Shown: piece by piece, positions 26,920 through 39,670 of the stretch | Position numbering within the stretch: the stretch's first letter is position 1 | Layout: every line of letters starts with the position of its first letter | Assembly (NCBI GenBank): GCA_951406725.2 | Contig: OX597824.1 | Location: 37,014,001 to 37,078,000 of the forward strand | Direction of reading: 5' to 3' | DNA length: 64,000 nucleotides | Origin: Octopus vulgaris | Lineage: Eukaryota | The notes under the pieces: generated by a model | Told to the model about the DNA's origin: nothing | What the model saw: the letters and a program-made list of their open reading frames with translations, nothing else | Databases searched by the model: none | Program-made: the position numbers and the translations under genes

Positions 26920-27417
26920 TACTTACCTCAGACTTCCGTCTCTCTCTCTTTCTCTCTCTCTTTCTTTCACTCTCTCTCTCTCTCTTTCACTCTTTCTCTC
27001 TCCCTCTCTCTTGTTCCTCCATTCTCTATCTCTCTCTTCTCTTTCTCCCTTTCTCTTTCTCTCTACTTCTATCTCCTTCTCTGTCTCTCTCCCTCTCTGT
27101 TCGCTCTCTTACTCCCTCTTTCTCTTTCTCTTTTTCTTCTTCTTTCTTCATTTCTACTCACCTCAAACTTCCGTCTCTCTCTCTCTCTATCTCTTTCTCC
27201 CTTCTCTCTTTCACTCTTTCTCTCTCCCTCTCTCTCATTCCCCCTCTCTTTCTCCTCTCTTTCTCCCTTTCTCTTTCTCTCTACTTCTATTTCCTTCTCT
27301 GCCTCTCTCTCCCTCTCTGTTCTCTCTCTTACTCCCTCTTTCTCTTTCTCTCTTTCTTCTCTCCCACTTTCGCTTTCCTCCCCTCTCTCTCCCCTCCCCT
27401 CTCTTTGTGTCTCTCTG
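26920..27417. repeat. Polypyrimidine (CT-rich) tract with a ~235-bp internal duplication
   Basis: Anchor act(t/c)acctca(g/a)acttccgtctctct occurs at about 26921 and 27156. Confidence 0.85.
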
Positions 27418-27719
27418 CATATAAGAAGTATGTTCTAAGAAAGTTATTGGGATGAAATAGTATATCAGAAAATATGTACAGCTAATTCCGAAAAGCTTGA
27501 AACTTCAGGAATGGTTTCGGTTCTTGTATTACTAAGGCAGACCAGTCATCATCATTAATCATTATCATCATCATTTAACATCCGTTTTACATATTGGCAT
27601 GGGTTGGATGATTTGACAGGAGTGCTGCCAGAGTGCAGCACCAAGCAGCTGTTATCTCTTTTGGCTTGATTTCTATGGGTGGTTACCCTTCCTAACACCA
27701 GTCACAGAGTCTGTAGGGG

Positions 27720-28030
27720 CTTCTTACATGGCACCAGCACAGGTGTTTTTTATGTGGCACTGACAGATACTTTTTTACATAGCACTGGTACAGGTGCTTT
27801 TTATGTGACACCAGCACAGGTGTTTCTTTACATAGCACTGGCACAGGTGCTTTTTACAATGCACAGATACAGGTGCTTTTTATGTTACACCAGCACAGGT
27901 GCTTCTTTACATTGCACTGGCATAGGTGCTTTTTACAATGCACAGACACAGGTGCATTTTATGTGACACCAGTACAGGTACTTTTTACATGGTACCAACA
28001 CAGGTACTTTTTACATGGTACCAGCACCAT
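27720..28030. repeat. ~20-21 bp minisatellite (gcaccagcacaggtgctttttatgtg-like, ~14 units)
   Basis: Tandem expansion of a motif that is present once or twice in related repeat copies at about 31290-31360 and 43720-43760. Confidence 0.85.
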
Positions 28031-29439
28031 GGGTCACCATGTAACTACAAGACAAAGACCCCTCTCTAAACTAAGAGTTGAGAGAGGGAGTGGAACTGGG
28101 GGAAGTGGATGTGTGCCAGGCAAGAAGTAACTGTGACTTTTTTTTCAGGGTTTCTAAAACTGATGGGAGAATGAGAGTAAGTTCTTCTCAAACTTAGGTA
28201 ATGAAGAAAATCTATCCACCCCAGAACTAAGAACATAAAGAGCTGGAACAAATATCAACTTTCAATCAGTCAAACATTGGTGTAAAGATAGAGTTTAACT
28301 GTTTTCTTGCTATATTTTGAATAAGGAACACTTTCTGTTTATACTCTCTTTTACTTGTTTCAGTCATTTGACTGTGGCCATGCTGGAGCACTGCCTTTAG
28401 TCAAGCAAATCGACCCCAGGATTTATTCTTTGTAAGTCTAGTACTTATTCTATCGGTCTCTTTTGCTGAACCGCTAAGTTACAGGGACATAAACACACTA
28501 GCATCGGTTGTCAAGTGATGTTGGTGGTGGGGACAAACACAGACACACAAACATACACATACTTATATATATATATACATATATACAACAGGCTTCTTTC
28601 AGTTTCTGTCTACCAAATCCACTCACAAGGCTTTGGTCAGCCCAAATCTATAGTAGAAGACTGAACTCACAATGAGACTGAACTCAGAACCATGTAGTTG
28701 GGAAGCAAGCTACTTACCACACAGTCACTCCTGTGCCTACTTAACTGATTTTGCAAATAATGAAGAATTTAAAAAGATTTATCAAAATAATTAACTTAGC
28801 TAATTAAGTTGGTGTTTAGGGCTTAACAAAAGCTTCTTCTATGAAACTGATGTTTTAACTGACATGTGAACATAAGGTGTCAAACTGGCAGAATCGTTAG
28901 CATGCTGGGCAAAATGCTTAGTGGAATTTCATCTGATTTTACATTCTGAGTTCAAATGTCACTGGGTCAGCTTTGCCTCTCATCTGTTCAGGGTCAATAA
29001 GATAAGTATCAGTTGAGCAATGGGCTCAATGTTATTCCCTCCTCTGCAAATTGCTGACCTTGTTACAAAATTTGAAATTAATTTTCATGTGAACACTTTA
29101 AAATGAGACATTTTGTGTCATAGAAACAAGAGACATGTCAGGCAGACTGGAAACCACAAGGGTTAGTGACTAATTGAACCGATAAAAGTGCATCTTCACA
29201 GTTATTTGACTTTTGACCTGCTAATTAATGACCAAATTTCTATTAACAAATATTTTCAGAAACCAAAATCTCAATCATAGGCTAACAAAAATGAAAGTCC
29301 CTTCTTAAGCTGAGCTGATGAAAGACTTCAGTTAACACCAACCCCTCAAAAACAATGATTTCAATGAAATGAAAGACACTATTTCTGAATTCTGCAGAAA
29401 ATTATGACTCATAAGAATAATTGGACAACAAGAATAAAG

Positions 29440-29643
29440 TTCTATATTTAAGTGATGAGGAATTATGCACATTATTTACATTTTTTACATTTGACGGATA
29501 TTTGTCCTCATCTTGTTTGTTGTTAACACAACATTTTGGCTGATATACCCTCCAGCCTTCATCAGGTGTCTTGGGCATATGGCGTAGTGGTTAAGAGCAT
29601 GGGCTACTAACCCCAAGATTCTGAGTTCAATACCAGGCAGTGA

Positions 29644-29699
<56 letters not shown>

Positions 29700-29848
29700 T
29701 TGAAAAATACCTTAGGAATGAGAACCCAGGTTCGAAATTTCCCCCAAGATGCCTGATGAAGGCTGGAGGGATTATCAGCTGAAACGTTGTGTTAACAACG
29801 AAGAAGATGAGGACAAATATCCGTCAAATGTAAATAATGTAAATAATG
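29440..29848 (+). mobile_element. tRNA-headed non-autonomous element with inverted Penelope-like hammerhead termini
   Basis: 13-bp TSD aacaagaataaag at 29427-29439 and 29849-29861. About 105-bp inverted arms at 29470-29575 and 29743-29848. A-box tggcgtagtgg at 29580, B-box gagttcaatacc at 29623, then (AAT)n. Confidence 0.85.
29746..29795 (+). ncRNA. Minimal type I hammerhead-ribozyme-like motif
   Basis: gatgc CTGATGA a ggctg-gagggattat-cagct GAAA cgtt gtgtt. The inverted copy at 29525-29572 has a better stem I (gacac/gtgtt) but a CpG-decayed core. Confidence 0.6.
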
Positions 29849-30164
29849 AACAAGAATAAAGATGATGAATCAATGGTAAGAAACAACAGCAACTACATTC
29901 CACCAAAATGTAGGAACAAAACTTTCGATAATTTCTGTGAAAGTATTTTAAATTGAATACAAACTTGTCACCAGTTCAAATATGCTTGAGGCATATTCAG
30001 ACTGCTAACAAGTTTGTATTTTTCATGTCACTTCTTAGAACTGTCACCCAAAATTTTAAATGATTTATATCAATGCTCACACACACACACACACACAAAT
30101 ATAAGCCCAAACTTCAGCAAGAGTGAATAGGATAACATAAACAGTCCAGACTTCTTTCATTCTT

Positions 30165-30395
30165 ATTTTTTATTCCCCACAAGGGGCTAAACATAGAGGG
30201 GACAAACAAGGACAGACAAAGGAATTAAGTCGATTACATCGACCCCAGTGCGTAACTGGTACTTAATTTATCGACCCCAAAAGAATTTAGTGCAAAGTTG
30301 ACCTCGGTGGAATTTGAACTCAGAACGTAACGGCAGATGAAATACCACTAAGCATTTCATCCAGCGTGCTAACATTTCTGCCAGCTTGCTGCCTC
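30165..30395 (-). mobile_element. Full-length SINE family A with TSD
   Basis: Flanked by cttctttcattcttat on both sides. Confidence 0.88.
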
Positions 30396-31048
30396 TAGTC
30401 TTCTTTCATTCTTATTAACATCTTGGTACTAAGTTTATCTTGAGGCTTCTCACTTCTAAGTTTTCTTTCCATGTCTGGAATGTTTTCTCTTATTCTACTC
30501 AAATTTCAGCCATAGGAACAAGATCCTTAACATTCAGAAGTACCCCAGGCAATCAATCTTAAAATCCTCTGTGATGGCCCATAGGACTTAAATAAATAGG
30601 TGGAGGCCAAGGATTGAACCATGATGGGCAACTACTTTTACACTAAATTCATTACTGAACTCATAGTTAACTATGAAAGCACTTGAACAGGCCTCACAAG
30701 ACTTTCATTTATGCCTAGTTTCTTTAGTGAACACCTGGTTACAGAGTATGGCACATGGTCAATGACCTTCCACAGGTTGACAAGTGCTAGATATGGTGGT
30801 TTAATCTTAGATAAATGTTTTGTCTATCTTCACAACACGCATAAACTGGAGGTAGTTTTTTTTACCTCTAGTAATGAAGAACAGTCACCATATTTTTTCC
30901 ATGCTTGCTAGCTCTGATGAGCGTGCAGTATTACATAACTGTGCCATTAACTAACAGCTGGTTTAATACCCAGTGCAAAACCAACTAGAAAGATTGGCTC
31001 TAGCGGATAGATGATACTGTACAGTTTGATTAATATGTGTGTGTGTGT

Positions 31049-31127
<79 letters not shown>

Positions 31128-31548
31128 TGTGTGTGTGTGATCATTTAACGTTCGTTTTCCATGCTGACATGGGCTGGACAGTTTGAAAGGAGCTGGTCAG
31201 CTGAAGGGCAGCCCAGGCTCCATGTGTTTTATTGTTATTTTTACAGCTGGATATCCTTCCTAATGACAACCACTTTACAGAGTGTACTGGGTGCTTTTCC
31301 ACAGCACTGGCTTGAGTGCTTTTATGTGACATTGGTACAGGTGCTTTTTACATGGTACTGACACCCATGAGCCTGCAAGATTAGGAGCAGAAGAGGGATG
31401 CAGAGGACACGCTTATATGAAAGGATAACCACAATTTTACTTAGCTTGATGTGTCCTCTCAAGCACAGCAAACTGCCAGGAGTCTCAGTCGCTTGTCATT
31501 CCCTCTGTAAAGCCAAACAGCTGAAGATTCAAGATACATATATGCACA

Positions 31549-31580
<32 letters not shown>

Positions 31581-31584
31581 GCCA

Positions 31585-32165
31585 AATGAGACCATAACTT
31601 CGTGGCCTATGCCAGGGGTGTAACCAGCCCGCTTATGCATGCCTTTCGTTCATTGGACACTAAACTCTGCTTGTGAAGACCTGTTGAGGCAAGTGAAATC
31701 GAAATCAAATTTGATGACTGGCATCCATGTTAGTGGAGCGCTAAGAGCACCATCAGAGCATGATCGTTGCCAGAGCGGCTAACTGGCTTCCGTGCTGGTG
31801 GCATGTAAAAAGCACCATTCGAGCATGATCATTACCAGCGTTGCCTTACTGGCACTTGTGCCAGTGGTATGTGAAAAAATATTTGAGTGCGGTCATTACC
31901 AGTGCCACTGAACTGGCTCCTGTGCAGGTGGTTGAGCATGGCCGTTGCCAGTACTGCCTGACTGGCCTTTGTGCGGGTGGCACGTAAAAGCACCCACTAC
32001 ACTCTCGGAGTGGTTGGCATTAGGAAGGGCATCCAGCTGTAGAAACTCTGCCAGACCAAGATTGGGGCCTGGTGCAGCCATCTGGTTCACCAGTCCTCAG
32101 TCAAATCGTCCAATCCATGTTAGCATGGAAATCAGACATTAAACGATGATGATGATGATGATGAT
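31585..32165 (+). mobile_element. Non-autonomous retroposon with RTE-like tail ending in (GAT)n
   Basis: 3' part cactctcggagtggttggcattaggaagggcatccagctgtagaaac...attaaacgatgatg. Related copies at 46246-46412 (+) and about 27570, 31140, 40770 and 43545 (-). The RTE assignment is tentative. Confidence 0.65.
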
Positions 32166-32204
32166 ATATATACACACATACATATATATTTTCATTTTCA
32201 ATAT

Positions 32205-32390
32205 GTGATCACGTGTGTATCGTTGGCGATTTTCTTTCTCCGTCTTCCCTTCATTAGACTTTTCTATATTTTTGATGAAGAGCTCCACTCAAAACATGAG
32301 ATCCTCTTTCTTGTCTTTCCTTTCCTGAGTGTCCAATAATACTGTACTTATTCCACGTCCTCGCATTGTTGTTTTTTCTTGCTTGTTCAT
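32205..32390 (+). mobile_element. Penelope-like terminal fragment with decayed hammerhead motif
   Basis: tTGATGAa gagc-tcc-actc aAAA catg at about 32272-32299; same architecture as the motif at 20493. Confidence 0.5.
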
Positions 32391-32394
32391 ATAT

Positions 32395-32481
<87 letters not shown>

Positions 32482-32979
32482 TGTGTGTGAATGTAACTGT
32501 AGAAGAATATATCAATAATATATTCAACATAGTGTAAATGTTATCTGGTATAGAACTTCATTACACTGGGTCATGAACTGCCCAACCAAGGATGAAGCTC
32601 AAAGTAGACAGTCAAGTTTGGTTTGATAAATACACACACACACACACAGACACACTCACACACACACACACACATGTGCACACACACACACACACACACA
32701 CATGTGCACACACATACACACACACACACACACACATAGATATGTTTCAGAATGTAAATAGATATCAAAGCAACATGTAACTCATTACCAGAAGCAGTGG
32801 GGTGCGGATGAGGATTGATAAGATTTTTGCTGATAACTCTTCCATTAATTATAGTTCAATAGATGAATGATTAATTAAGTTAATGAATTATACCTCCCAC
32901 TCCCAGCACCCACAAATTTCCAAATTGCTTCAAAAGATTAATGATTTAAATGTGTAACATAAATGTAGGGAACTATATT

Positions 32980-33347
32980 CAGTCCGTCACTCAGCTATTC
33001 CATCATTCAGTCACTTCATTACTCAACTATTCTATCACTCAGCTATTTTAGTACTCAGCCATTCCATCACTCAACTATTTCATCACACATTTATTCCATC
33101 ACACAACCCTTTCATCATTCAGTCAATTCATGACTTGACCATTCTATCACTCAACCATTCCATCATTCAACTATTCCATCACTCATCCATTCTTCACTCA
33201 GTCATTCCATCACACAGTTATTCCATCACTCAGTCATTTCATCATCCAACCATTTCATCACTCAGCCATTCTATCCCTCAACTATTCCATCACTCAGTAA
33301 TTCTATCATCCAACCATTTTATCACTCAACTATTCCATCATTCAACA
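32980..33347. repeat. ~17-bp minisatellite (cactcaactattccatc-like, ~21 degenerate units)
   Basis: Direct inspection. Confidence 0.9.
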
Positions 33348-33844
33348 ATCCTATATATTTTGATGATGAGATGTGAAAATATTTTGTCTTATCGTCTGTT
33401 CTTAAGTCAGTCAAGTGTGAATGACACTAAGAACATGAGGAAATAAAACAAAATCCGGTGAAATATCAATTTCTTGTAGCGTTATTCCATTACCAGGTTA
33501 TCCTTGCATCATGCCGAATGTTGCGATGCTATGAAAATAGAAAATAGTGTTATCTCTAAGTTTCAACAACTGAAATATTGGCCTCTGAAGAACACAGATT
33601 TAATCATTTAGGCAAGAATATTTATGGAGGGTTCTTGTAATATTGTGAAGATTATGACACTAGTCTGAATTTCATCGGTTTCATATTACAGGCTGAGAAG
33701 TAGAACAACTAATTAAATTGTTATAAATAACGAGAAACAACCCTTCCCTGCCTCAAAAACACCCCATAATTTTAATTTGTATTCGTATTCATTAGATATT
33801 AAAAAGAAATATCTAAATATTTATTTGACTTTAAATACGTCATG

Positions 33845-33910
<66 letters not shown>

Positions 33911-34444
33911 ATGTATATATGTATGTATGTATGTATGTATATATGTATGTATATACACACACACACAGCTGACTATGTGTATACATATGAAATATTATTC
34001 AAGGGATATTAATACATGACTATCAAATTTAATTACATACATACATACATACATGCACACATGCACACATGCACACTTACATACATACATATACACACAT
34101 ATGTACACATACATGCATACATACATACATACATACATATGTACATACATACATACACACACACATACACACATACATACATGCATACATACATACATAC
34201 ATATTGCATAATTAAATCCCCTCTACCCGAAATTACATCAACGGATAGGGACAGAGATTAACATACCTCTAAATGTGTGACAACTTAGACAGTTAAGAAC
34301 TAAGTTTTGATATGAGAAATGATGGTAGATAAGCAATACGGTGTAAGCTGCAGCTGGGCAAGTTGTTAGGAAAATCAGCCTGCCTCTGAAGCTGTCAACA
34401 CTTCTCACAAAACCCTCCATTTAAATCATAATGTTTCAGTTTAC

Positions 34445-34564
34445 CTTAACCTAAATATTTGCTCCGGGTATACAGCTATTTGTTGCATATGCCAAGTTTG
34501 GTTTTTAACAAGAACCACAAAAAAAGCAAATCCTCGAATATTTGCATCTGGTTTATAAGTACAC
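34445..34564 (-). CDS. Candidate internal exon (CTYKPDANIRGFAFFVVLVKNQTWHMQQIAVYPEQIFRL)
   Basis: Acceptor ttctctttag, donor AAG|GTAAAC, 120 bp, phase 2 to 2 open frame. Confidence 0.5.
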
Positions 34565-35891
34565 CTAAAGAGAACTAATTTTCTTTTTTTTTTTTTTTTT
34601 TTTTTTTTTTGGTTCTTTATCGATATTTTGAATATTTGGTAAAAAAATCTGCATTTTAGTCACAGATTAGCAGTGTCCTTGACATTCTCTGACTATCAAA
34701 TAAAGTTACTTTTTCTACTGATCTTCCTGATAATAGCAATATGTTTGATAAAACGAATGTCTTTGGTGGCCATGATATTTATTGATAAGAAGATATCACT
34801 GATAATAGAGAAGGAGAGAGGAAAAAGAAAAGTTATTTCAAGATATCTGTAGATATCTGCCTGTATTATATTACTTTATAGATGTTATATAAACTTTAGG
34901 ATTTCCATCATCTCCACCTAATCAAAATAGTTTCATACTATAGTAGCATGACAGATTCTGTTTCTTTAACTGTGAACAGAAAGAATAGACCTACTTTAAC
35001 ATTTAACCATTTATTGACCTTCCTGATGACTCACCGATTCTGTGAAAATTCATAATGAATATTGGTTTCAAATTTTGGCAAAGGCCAGCAACTTTGAGAG
35101 CAGGGTAAGTTGATTACATCGACCCCAGTACTCAAATGGTACTTATTTTATTGACCCCTAAAGGATAAAAGGTAATGTCAACCTTGGTTGAAATTGAACT
35201 CAGAATGTAAAGACAGACAAAATGCCATTAAGCATTTTGTTCAGTGTGCTAATAATTCTGCCAGCTCACCACCTTAGAATTCATGACTAACAGTTTCAAA
35301 TTTTGGCTCAAGGCCAGCAATTTCTGGGGAGGGGTAAGTCAATTACATTGACCTCAGTGTTTTACTGGTACTTATTTTATCAACCCCGAAAGAAAGTAAG
35401 ACGAAGTTGATCTCAGTGGAATTTGAACTCAGAGTGTGAAGATGGAAGAAATATCGCTAAGAGTTTTGCCCAGCATGGTAATGATTCTGCCAGCTCGCCA
35501 CTTTAAAATTCATAATGAATATCAATTGCATTAATTTCATGTTTTTAACTGTCTTCCCAGCTAAGAGAAATACTACCATTCTCTGTGAGTGTCAGTAACA
35601 CCAATCTTTTATTGACCAACAATACTTACAAATAGCTTTATGTTAGTCCATGCTTATTTGGGATTTGGAAAACTTTAATTGCTGTACATTTTTAACCTCC
35701 ATCAAAGACTGTAGATGCCTGAACAGAGAATCAGGTGAAAGGTCAGCCTTTCATGTTCCCTTATTAATAGTATTGAAGCCATGGCTGGTCTGAATGTTTC
35801 ACTTTTACTATGATAGAATCAACATAATTCTAAGTTGATTTTAAAAGTGGGATAATTTAGCAGTGTTAATAATGGTTTATTGGTTTATTTT

Positions 35892-36125
35892 AAGGTGTTG
35901 AGCTGGCAGAAACGTTAGAATGTCGGGCGAAATGCTCAGCAGTATTTTGTCTGCCATTACATTCTGAGTTCAAATTCCGCCGAGGTCGACTTTGCCTTTC
36001 ATCCTTTTGGGGTCGATTAAATAAGTACCAGTTATGCACTGGGGTCGATGTAATCGACTTAATCCACTTGTCTGTCCTTGTTTGTCCCCTCTGTGTTTAG
36101 CCCCTTGTGGGTAGTAAAGAAATAG
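35892..36125 (+). mobile_element. Full-length SINE family A
   Basis: Matches the 18157 copy; flanking repeat ggtttattggt. Another full copy lies at about 53697-53927. Confidence 0.9.
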
Positions 36126-37026
36126 GTTTATTGGTGTTCTGTTGAGTTAGATTACTCCAGTAGGAAAATTCACTTTTTATAGGACATACTATCTAAGGAA
36201 AGTTATTGCTTAATGGAATGAAAATGAGAAATGAAGATAGGAGTATAAATTGATTAAATGACTTGTTTCATATTTCAAAGTTGACCAACATACCATTTGG
36301 ATCCAGTGGGATGAAAAAGTCACATGGGAAATAAAACGTAAAGTTTTTGATATTAAACACAATGACAAAACAGAATTGATAATCAAATAACTAAATAATT
36401 AAAAATAAACCAACTTGATCAGATTAAAAATACTATGGAACAAATTTAATTATAAAACTAAGTTGATAGTTTCCTTTGCATGAGATCTGACATTAATATG
36501 CTTAATTGCCATGTTGAGGAAGTCCTTACCTTTTCTTAAAAACAAGATATTATCTTTATCCTTTAAATAATCACTTAGACAAAGTCTTTAAATAATCACT
36601 TAGACAAAGTCTTCCTCCATTTTTATTCAGTTGGATTTTTTATTTTGTACAAATGATGTTGACAAAAGATTGTATTTGTGACTCACGAGACAGAATTAGA
36701 CAACTTCTCTGCTCTCAACTCATTCAATACCAACTCACCAATCAAGCAAGAGTAAATATTTGCGGATCGTTTACACAAAAACTAATATTGTTTTCTTTTT
36801 TAAAGTTTGCATTTCCTAAAGAATGTCTGTATGTCTACAAAGAGTTTATGCGTATTCACGTATAAGTGAATGCATGTATATGTGTGTGTGTGCGCGTGTG
36901 CATATGTAGTGTGTGTGTGTGTGATACTGAGCATGAGGCGGACAAGAACAATACAAGTATCCTAATCCTCATACAAACAATAAGCTAAGCAGACAAGAAA
37001 ATCTAAATGTTTGACAGGCGTCTTAC

Positions 37027-37086
37027 TTTGTTGATTGTTTAAAGGGACATTCACGTACACATCCACATGATGTTTGCATACTTTTG
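37027..37086 (-). CDS. Candidate internal exon (KSMQTSCGCVRECPFKQST)
   Basis: Acceptor acaacag, donor AA|GTAAGA, 60 bp. The phase 2 to 2 reading fits 34564. A possible 36-bp partner exon lies at 37169-37204 (PNSDDILPIAT). Confidence 0.35.
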
Positions 37087-37539
37087 CTGTTGTTGTAACA
37101 AAGAATCCCATAAACAGTAACAAACTTTTATATACATCATTTACCTTGTAATTTTAGCTATTTACAACCTCGTTGCTATTGGCAGGATATCATCAGAGTT
37201 AGGGCTAAAAGGGATAGATATTCAACTTGAACTGAAGTTCTTGCGAAGAAAATTGCTTCTCTTTAGTCTGATGGAATTTCAGATCACAAAGTTGAGCAAA
37301 GAATTATACATCCAAGACAAAGGCCCAAGTTACGTAAATGAGATAAGAACCTATATATGGCTACAGCTGTTGGCATTCTTTTAAAAGTATTTTGTTTGTT
37401 CTTAGTACTGTATTGAGTTCTTCTGGATAGGTTTTCTCATGAAGGGTGAGGCTGGTCGAGATGGTGAAGAATGAAGGAGTGTTGGACAAATTGCCATGTT
37501 TTACTAAATTAAGATAGTTTCAGACATTTTCGTAACATT

Positions 37540-37733
37540 GTGGTGGTGGTGGTGGTGGTGGTGATGACAACAACAGCAGTGACAGCAGTGGTGGTGGCGG
37601 CGGCGATGATGGTGTGATGGTGGTGGCAGTGGCGGCGGCAGTGATGGTAGTGGTGGTGGCGGCGGCTGTGGTGGTGGTGGCGGCGGCGGTGGTGGTGGTG
37701 GTGGTGGTGGTGGTGGTGGTGGCAGTGGTGGTG
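37540..37733. repeat. (GGT)n/(GGC)n trinucleotide tract
   Basis: Direct inspection. Confidence 0.9.
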
Positions 37734-38872
37734 TAAAGGCTGGTACTTGTTTGTTTGAAGATCACTCCTCCAAGGTAATTTTCCATGGAAAACACCAGGA
37801 AGTCAGTTTTAAGTGAAGGATCATCAGTTAGTCTGCTTTGACATTGAATTCAGGCTAAGTGGAGTGTCTTGTACATGACAGGCCATTCCATGTAATAACC
37901 CTCAAACAAAGAATATCTGCCATCATGGGTAAATCTTATTTGTCTAAAAACTACAAGGGACTTCATGATGAAACTGATAGTGTAAACTGTCTGAATGACT
38001 CTAACTTACTCTAAATGACTCTGAATGACTCTGATACACACAGAACTGGGCAATCAAAGAGCGAATTTGTACATCGCCACATCTTCACATATGACTCACA
38101 TTGACTCACAGTATGGTTTTGAAAGGATTGTGAAGACTAAATCTTTCACTTTTGAAATAAAATGAAAATGCTTAATCAAAAGGCATAAAAGACATAAATA
38201 TTTATTGAAAATAAATTTTGGGGAAAATTTCTCTGAGAAAAGTATCAAAATTTTTTTTCATTTAAATATTCTTTTTCAGATTTTGGCACAAGGCCAGCAA
38301 TTTCAGAGGAGGGTATAAGTCAATTACATTGAACCCAGTGTTCAACTGGTACTTATTTTATCAACTCTGAAAGGATGAAAGGTAAAGTCAGCCTCAGCAG
38401 AATTTGAACCCAGAACGCAAAGACAGACAAAATGCCAAGCATTTTGCCCAACTCAGTAACGATTCTGCCAGCTCGGCACCATTTTTCATTTAAATATTGG
38501 AAAAAGTATTAATAAAGATCATTGAGTTGTTAAGAGGAATCGTGATTGGAAATTGTTTGGAACTGCTGTTCTACAGGCTTGCTTGACTTGCTAGAAGTAG
38601 TAGCCAAATCACTCTGATGTCTTAAAGAAAGAAGATCGCAATGGACAATATTGTTCTAGATGTAGAAGAAGATTGGACAGTCACAGCTGGGATGGCTTTG
38701 ATTAAAGATTTAACTGATTGGGATTGATGCAAGGGGCTAAGCAACAATGAATTTCCCATCCCTTGTGCTAGATTTGAACTCATAGATGAAATGCTTAAAT
38801 CTTAAATATTGACTTCATGAAGTTCTGTGTTGTCTAGTTACAAGTCTACCCAGTTGTGACCATCTAATTCTA

Positions 38873-39242
38873 CAGGGTGATTCAAAAGTCTCCATACATA
38901 GGAAAATTTATTTTTTTATAAGAGACAGTTTATAAGATCCCCTAGATCTCCCAATCTGACCCCTCTTGATTTATATCTTTAGGGGCATTTGAAAGGTATG
39001 GTGCATCACAGAAAGATAAAAGGCACAAAGCATTTGAAGGAACGCATCACCAATTCCTTGGAACAAGTATCACCAGATGTGCTATTATGAATTCACAATG
39101 AGTGGGGTTAATGTATTGCAATGTGTATTCAAAACAATGGTAACCATATAGAGCCTGTTAAATAAAGAAAAACTGTTCTTAGAAACTGTTTCTTATAAAA
39201 AGATAAATTGTTCCTATGTATGGCAACTTTTGAATCACCCTT
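38873..39242 (+). mobile_element. Tc1/mariner deletion derivative (MITE) retaining the transposase C-terminus
   Basis: About 55-bp TIRs (cagggtgattcaaaagt...acttttgaatcaccct) with TA flanks. Internal PRSPNLTPLDLYL*GHLKGMV...CIQNNGNHIEPVK. Confidence 0.9.
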
Positions 39243-39489
39243 TATTTCTATCTAGTACCACATTATCTAAAGTGTTTGCTACTTTTTTAAGATGATATGA
39301 TTTGGATGATCTTTAGCTCTTTTTTCTAGCAGGTTTAAGCTCCCTCTCTGGTTCTGGGAAAGAATGCACTGACTGGGTAGAACTATGGGTTTTAAATGTT
39401 CCCGATGTGACCATCCGATCATTTTGTCTAATATCCTTCCTTTTTTATAAGATGGTAAAGTATTTTTTAGTGATACTTAGTTAATATTA

Positions 39490-39670
39490 CTATCTATCTA
39501 TCCGCTCAGTTGAAATCAACTCTCGGTTACTCTATGGATCAGTATCCTCCAGTCAGTTCTATCCTGGGCCGCTTCTTTCAGATTGGCTATGCCCATTCCG
39601 GTATCACTATTGATGGTGTCAAGCCTGCGGGTTCCTGGTCAGCCTCTTCCTCTCTTGCCACTGACCATAG
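39490..39670 (-). mobile_element. RTE (BovB-like) LINE 3' end
   Basis: MVSGKRGRG*PGTRRLDTINSDTGMGIANLKEAAQDRTDWRILIHRVTES followed by a (TAGA)n tail; matches the RTE ORF C-terminus pattern. Confidence 0.8.

Noticed and set aside
23187-27424. 275-aa and 187-aa Ser/Leu/His-rich ORFs
   Set aside because: Translations of CT/CA low-complexity tracts.
29573-29645. Possible tRNA gene
   Set aside because: A and B boxes are present, but there is no convincing acceptor stem and it is embedded in a TSD-flanked repeat; treated as a SINE-type head. The same applies to the other tRNA-like heads.
30914-30960. CTGATGAG hammerhead-like core (also at about 58320)
   Set aside because: No stem II followed by GAAA at a suitable distance.
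32980-33347. Regular short repeats resembling a CRISPR array
   Set aside because: Head-to-tail degenerate units with no unique spacers and no cas genes, in eukaryotic DNA; a minisatellite.
37745-37945. Minus-strand ~68-codon frame broken by a single TGA (selenocysteine?)
   Set aside because: No selenoprotein motif or visible SECIS element, and a weak donor; most likely chance.
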